A stretch of 63,557 nt of DNA, filler included, from Octopus bimaculoides (taxonomy: Eukaryota): NCBI RefSeq assembly GCF_001194135.2. It is 9 parts of 7 records of this genome, joined end to end, with 100 filler letters (N's around TTAATTAATTAA, not from the genome) between each part and the next. Parts side by side here need not be neighbours in the genome. Positions count along the whole stretch, not along the records: positions 60,782 to 63,557 come from NC_068992.1; 8 more parts are not named here. The stretch is one strand, 5' to 3'. The notes beneath the pieces were generated by a model that ran no database searches, was not told the DNA's origin, and worked only from the letters and a program-made list of their open reading frames with translations. The position numbers and the translations under genes are program-made. Shown piece after piece: positions 63,426 to 63,557 of this stretch. Each line of letters starts with the position of its first letter. The first letter of the stretch is position 1.

Positions 63426-63557
63426 CAAAAAATATGTACACATGTAGGTACGTACATATATATGTATGTGTGTATGTGTGTATGTATGCAGGGATGTATG
63501 TATGTATGTATGTATGTATGTATGTATGTATGTATACGCGTGTGAAAGTATGTATGT

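Overview
AT-rich, microsatellite-saturated, gapped animal scaffold. The SINE repertoire and repeat style suggest an octopus or other coleoid cephalopod (inference). Only one host gene is supportable: a PAR-subfamily bZIP factor most like giant (36949-38250, minus strand), encoded by a single coding exon behind a 5'UTR splice acceptor. The rest is repeat-derived: several tRNA-derived SINE families, three mariner transposase remnants, MITEs (mariner, hAT-like, Tigger-like, Helentron-type), R4/Dong-like and Hero-like RLE retrotransposon fragments, RTE fragments, and Penelope-like RT and GIY-YIG fragments. Nearly all other ORFs in the track are microsatellite artefacts. Best leads: (1) a tRNA-Ser-headed SINE carrying a minimal hammerhead ribozyme core (22110-22380); (2) a second hammerhead core inside a fold-back element (33162-33363); (3) a 418-bp near-perfect palindrome fused to a mariner (54551-54968); (4) further long hairpins, one of pre-miRNA size; (5) strand-polarised insertion of Dong-like elements and SINEs in (AAT)n tracts; (6) an E-box cluster upstream of the bZIP gene. 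All alignments and translations were done by eye, repeat boundaries are approximate, and the SINE family letters are my own labels.
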